From the NCBI RefSeq assembly GCF_009914755.1, contig NC_060942.1: a stretch of 64,000 nucleotides of DNA; one strand, given 5' to 3'. The DNA is from the human T2T-CHM13v2.0 reference genome, Homo sapiens. The notes under the pieces are model-generated. The model was not told the origin of the DNA. It was given only the letters and a program-made list of their open reading frames with translations, and did no database searches. Made by a program: the position numbers and the translations under genes. Position 1 is the first letter of the stretch, and each line of letters starts with the position of its first letter. This document shows positions 60,227 to 64,000 of the stretch, piece after piece.

Positions 60227-60540
60227 TAAGATTTGGCAACACTGGCAGCCCCTAGTTGTATGATTTTCTGAGTTTAAATCTTAGCCTGTCAAGATGAGTG
60301 TGGAGCTCAAGCTTGCCAGCTGATCTTTCATTTGAAATGGTTTATCCTAAGTATTTTGTCACTAACACCACAGGAAGCAGTAAGGGGGTCTAGAGGAAGG
60401 CCCATTGGTACTGGATTCAAAAGTCTCAGCTCAGCCACAACCTTGTTGAGTGACCTTGGGCGAGTTTCTCTCTCCCTGGAACTCGGTTTGTTCGTTCGTT
60501 CCTTCCTTCCTCCTTCCCTCCCTTCCTTCTTTCCTTCCTT

Positions 60541-60542
<2 letters not shown>

Positions 60543-60573
<31 letters not shown>

Positions 60574-60857
60574 GTGTTGCACTCTATCGCCCAGGCTGGA
60601 GTGCAGTAGCGTGATTATAGCTCACTGCTTGACACCACCCCTCTTCACGGGCTCAAGCGATCCTCCCACTTCAGCCTCCCAAGCAGCTTGGACTACAGGC
60701 ATGTGCCACCATGCCTGGCTAATTTTTTAATTTTTTGTAGAGACTGGGTCTCCCTTTGTTGCCCAGACTGGACTCCAGCTCCTGGCCTCAAGCAATCCTC
60801 CTGTGCCTTGGCCTTCCAAAGTGCTGGGATTACAGGCATGAACCACTGCGCCCAGCC
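60543..60857 (-). mobile_element. AluJ inserted in a MIR
   Basis: ctggaactc(g/a)gttt on both flanks; MIR core gtgaccttgggcgagtt. Confidence 0.8.
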
Positions 60858-61119
60858 TGGAACTCAGTTTTCTAATCCCATTCTGTCTGCTTTTGAGTAT
60901 TAGGGAAGTCAAGAGAGATACAACATGTGAAAGCATGTAAATTATAAGCACTATATCAATGAGAGTAGTTCTTGATATAGAGACACCAGTATACTATAAA
61001 GATGGCCAAGTGTAAATGCTGATATGAATTGCTGGCTGACCAACAAATCTACTGAGAACAGCCTAACTGCCCAACTTGGGCAGTTAATAAAAATGAAACA
61101 AACATATCCTTCCTTGTAA

Positions 61120-61338
<219 letters not shown>

Positions 61339-63420
61339 TAAGTCATTCTAAGGGTTTTGAGGATTCTTCAAGTCACAGACCACAACAGCCTTTTCCTGAT
61401 TGTCTACATGATAAACCTGGTTGAAATTAAAAATGCTTTCCCATGTGGCCTGGATCAAAGGCTTTGTTCCTAGTAAAAGTCTTCTGGAATGAAAATCAAA
61501 GTCAAAGACTTTATCTTAAGCACTCTCTCTTTTTTCTCTGAAAGATTCCAGGACATTGGCTCATTTTCCTTAGCTCCACCAGCTGTGCCCAGAGGACTTC
61601 AAAAAACCGTCTGAAAGAGTCAGACTACAGGCAGTGCAGGGTCCCCAGCTCCTGCTCCTTCACTTCCTGTCTGACTTGTAAAACACACATTATCTCAGGG
61701 ATAGTGAGGCTTTATTGGCAGATAGAGCAGCGCTACCAACATGTCATCTGCCCTACAACAAGCTTCAGGGGCTCAAAGTGGGAGTGTCAGGGATGAGGAG
61801 TCTGATCATTAAGACTGGATTCATTTGGGTTCAGATTTCTTCCCCAATTCACTGATTGACAGGAATGACATAGGACAGGACAGAAAAAAGAACAGGAGAA
61901 AGGATAGTTGGGAGACAGACCCATATAAGCTGCTGCTGACAGCCACTTGGCCCCCACTTGATAGGAATGTATCATTTATATATTAGGATTGTCTCAGGCA
62001 ATAAAAGTAGCATGGCTTGGCAGTCAGCTCTGTTGTTAAAACAAATGCAAATATAGGCAGTAAAATGTTTTGACTTCTCAATGGTATTTGGTAATAAAGT
62101 GATGATCCGGATGATCTAAAATGTGTTTATATTAACTGTTTTGAATTGTTAACACATTTAGAATTTAAACATTCTGAGAGGACTTACAGATTCCGGAGTA
62201 CATTCTTGGTTCCCTGTTTAAAAACCTTGTTTAAAGATGTTTTTGAAATAACAGCCTAACTGTATTAAAAGACAGATATATTTTGATTAGTAGTCTGTGG
62301 TACAAAGACTATTTGGGCTTCTATTTAAAGTTGCAGGTTTGGGCTTTTCCAGTGGATTCTCTCAACTACTAGGGAGACCATCCATCTAAATCTCCACTTG
62401 CTGTCAGTATCCATGGTAACTGGGATATGTTGACGGCTGTCTTTGCCTCGGCTGCATTTGATTTTAGAAAACATTAATTAGCACAGGTTAATTAGGCCCT
62501 GTTGCAGTTAAACTGCCACATGTGTTCCTGATAATAACCAGTGCTTTAAAGAAGCATTGGATGTTGCCTGCTCACGTGTTTAGCTGACTAAACTTCTTTC
62601 ATTGTGTGTGTGGATGTGCATGCACGTATAAGAAAGATTGATCGCTTGATTATACTTGCAATAAAAAGCTACTGACCTGCTTAGAGTATCTGGGAAATGT
62701 TTTTGTAATATGTCACCTGCTGAGTGGCCAGCTGGCTATGTCATGAGTCAGGTGTCTTCAGATAGTCCAGGCATCAGCACTGGAGCTGGCCACAACCACC
62801 TAGACCTGCTAGGTCACAGCACTGGCAAAGTGGAGTCCAGTGGGAAGAAAGGTGAAGGTCGTGTCTCCATGACCCACGTTATGTAGTGACTGGGGAGGGA
62901 ATTTCCGACCATGTTGCAACTGACTTGCTAAAGAGGAAATATTTACTGTAGTGCCTTCCAGAAAAGCTCAGGGGAACTCAGCATCATGATCATTATGGCA
63001 TCCCCTCTTTCCTTGAACTGGGTCGGGGCTGGAGAACTGGCCTGTGCTGATATTTCTAAAGAAAACTGGAAATGCTACCCTTTCCAGGGATGAGTCTTGG
63101 CTCCAGCTGCGACAGTGTAGTCGGTCTCCTCCACTTCTGGGTTGGGATAGGGGTGTTGAATTAGGCATTTGTGAGATAATCAATCAATTTTTAAATAATA
63201 CATTTGCAAAACTGCAGCATCCACTCCTGAGCACATCCTCTCATCCACGTTTCAGGGAAAATAGGCAAATCTATTAAAACTCAATAGAGAGTGCAAATAG
63301 CAGGTGAGAATTCGTAGTGAGAGTGTATTACATTACCGTCTGTGTGGTATGTGTCCTCATAGAGATTCACAGTGGCCATTAGGGAAGTAAATTAACCTTG
63401 TTCTTATGACTTCTCTTTAA

Positions 63421-63696
<276 letters not shown>

Positions 63697-64000
63697 TAAT
63701 CCAAACGTCTAGAGGATGCTTAAAACCTTCTTCAGTAATAAAAATCATAAAAGCACTTTGTTATTTTGGGTTTATCTGAAGTTTTCCCTCAAAGTACTCT
63801 GTCCTTTTTCCCTCAAGGTCAAGGGTAAATTGTTGTGCATGTTTGCCAGGTATCATTAAGTTCATGATGTAATCTGTGGGACTAGAATCTGGTCATTTAT
63901 GGATGAAGAGAAATTTTCTCAAGGCGAGGATGGCCCTGCATGGGTTGATGGCGTCTGTGCCACCTGAACTCCTCCCACCTGCAGGCCTCATTTGCATAGG

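Noticed and set aside
62802-62816. agacct-gct-aggtca resembling an estrogen response element
   Set aside because: Half sites are everted and one is imperfect; a true ERE is AGGTCAnnnTGACCT

Overview
This is primate genomic DNA, almost certainly human given two AluYb-lineage inserts. The whole window lies inside GREB1L on the + strand. Eleven internal coding exons splice with canonical AG/GT into one open 609-codon frame ([11 protein letters not shown]...[10 protein letters not shown]), roughly residues 119-728 of GREB1L as I recall it; the start and stop codons are outside the window. All eleven exons are symmetric (phase 1-1, length divisible by 3). The introns, including one of 35.5 kb (13058-48583), hold about 50 Alus, nested old L1s, MaLR/ERVL LTRs, Tigger/MER2 DNA transposons, L2/MIR remnants and microsatellites. 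Nearly all ORFs in the supplied track are Alu, L1 or low-complexity artefacts. I see no CRISPR, RNA gene or new enzymatic system. The best hunt results are two extra frame-preserving phase-1 cassette exon candidates in the long intron (129 nt at 44008-44136; an 18/21-nt microexon at 42651-42671), several templated-insertion scars, and two very young AluYb elements. Repeat boundaries and subfamily names are by-eye approximations.
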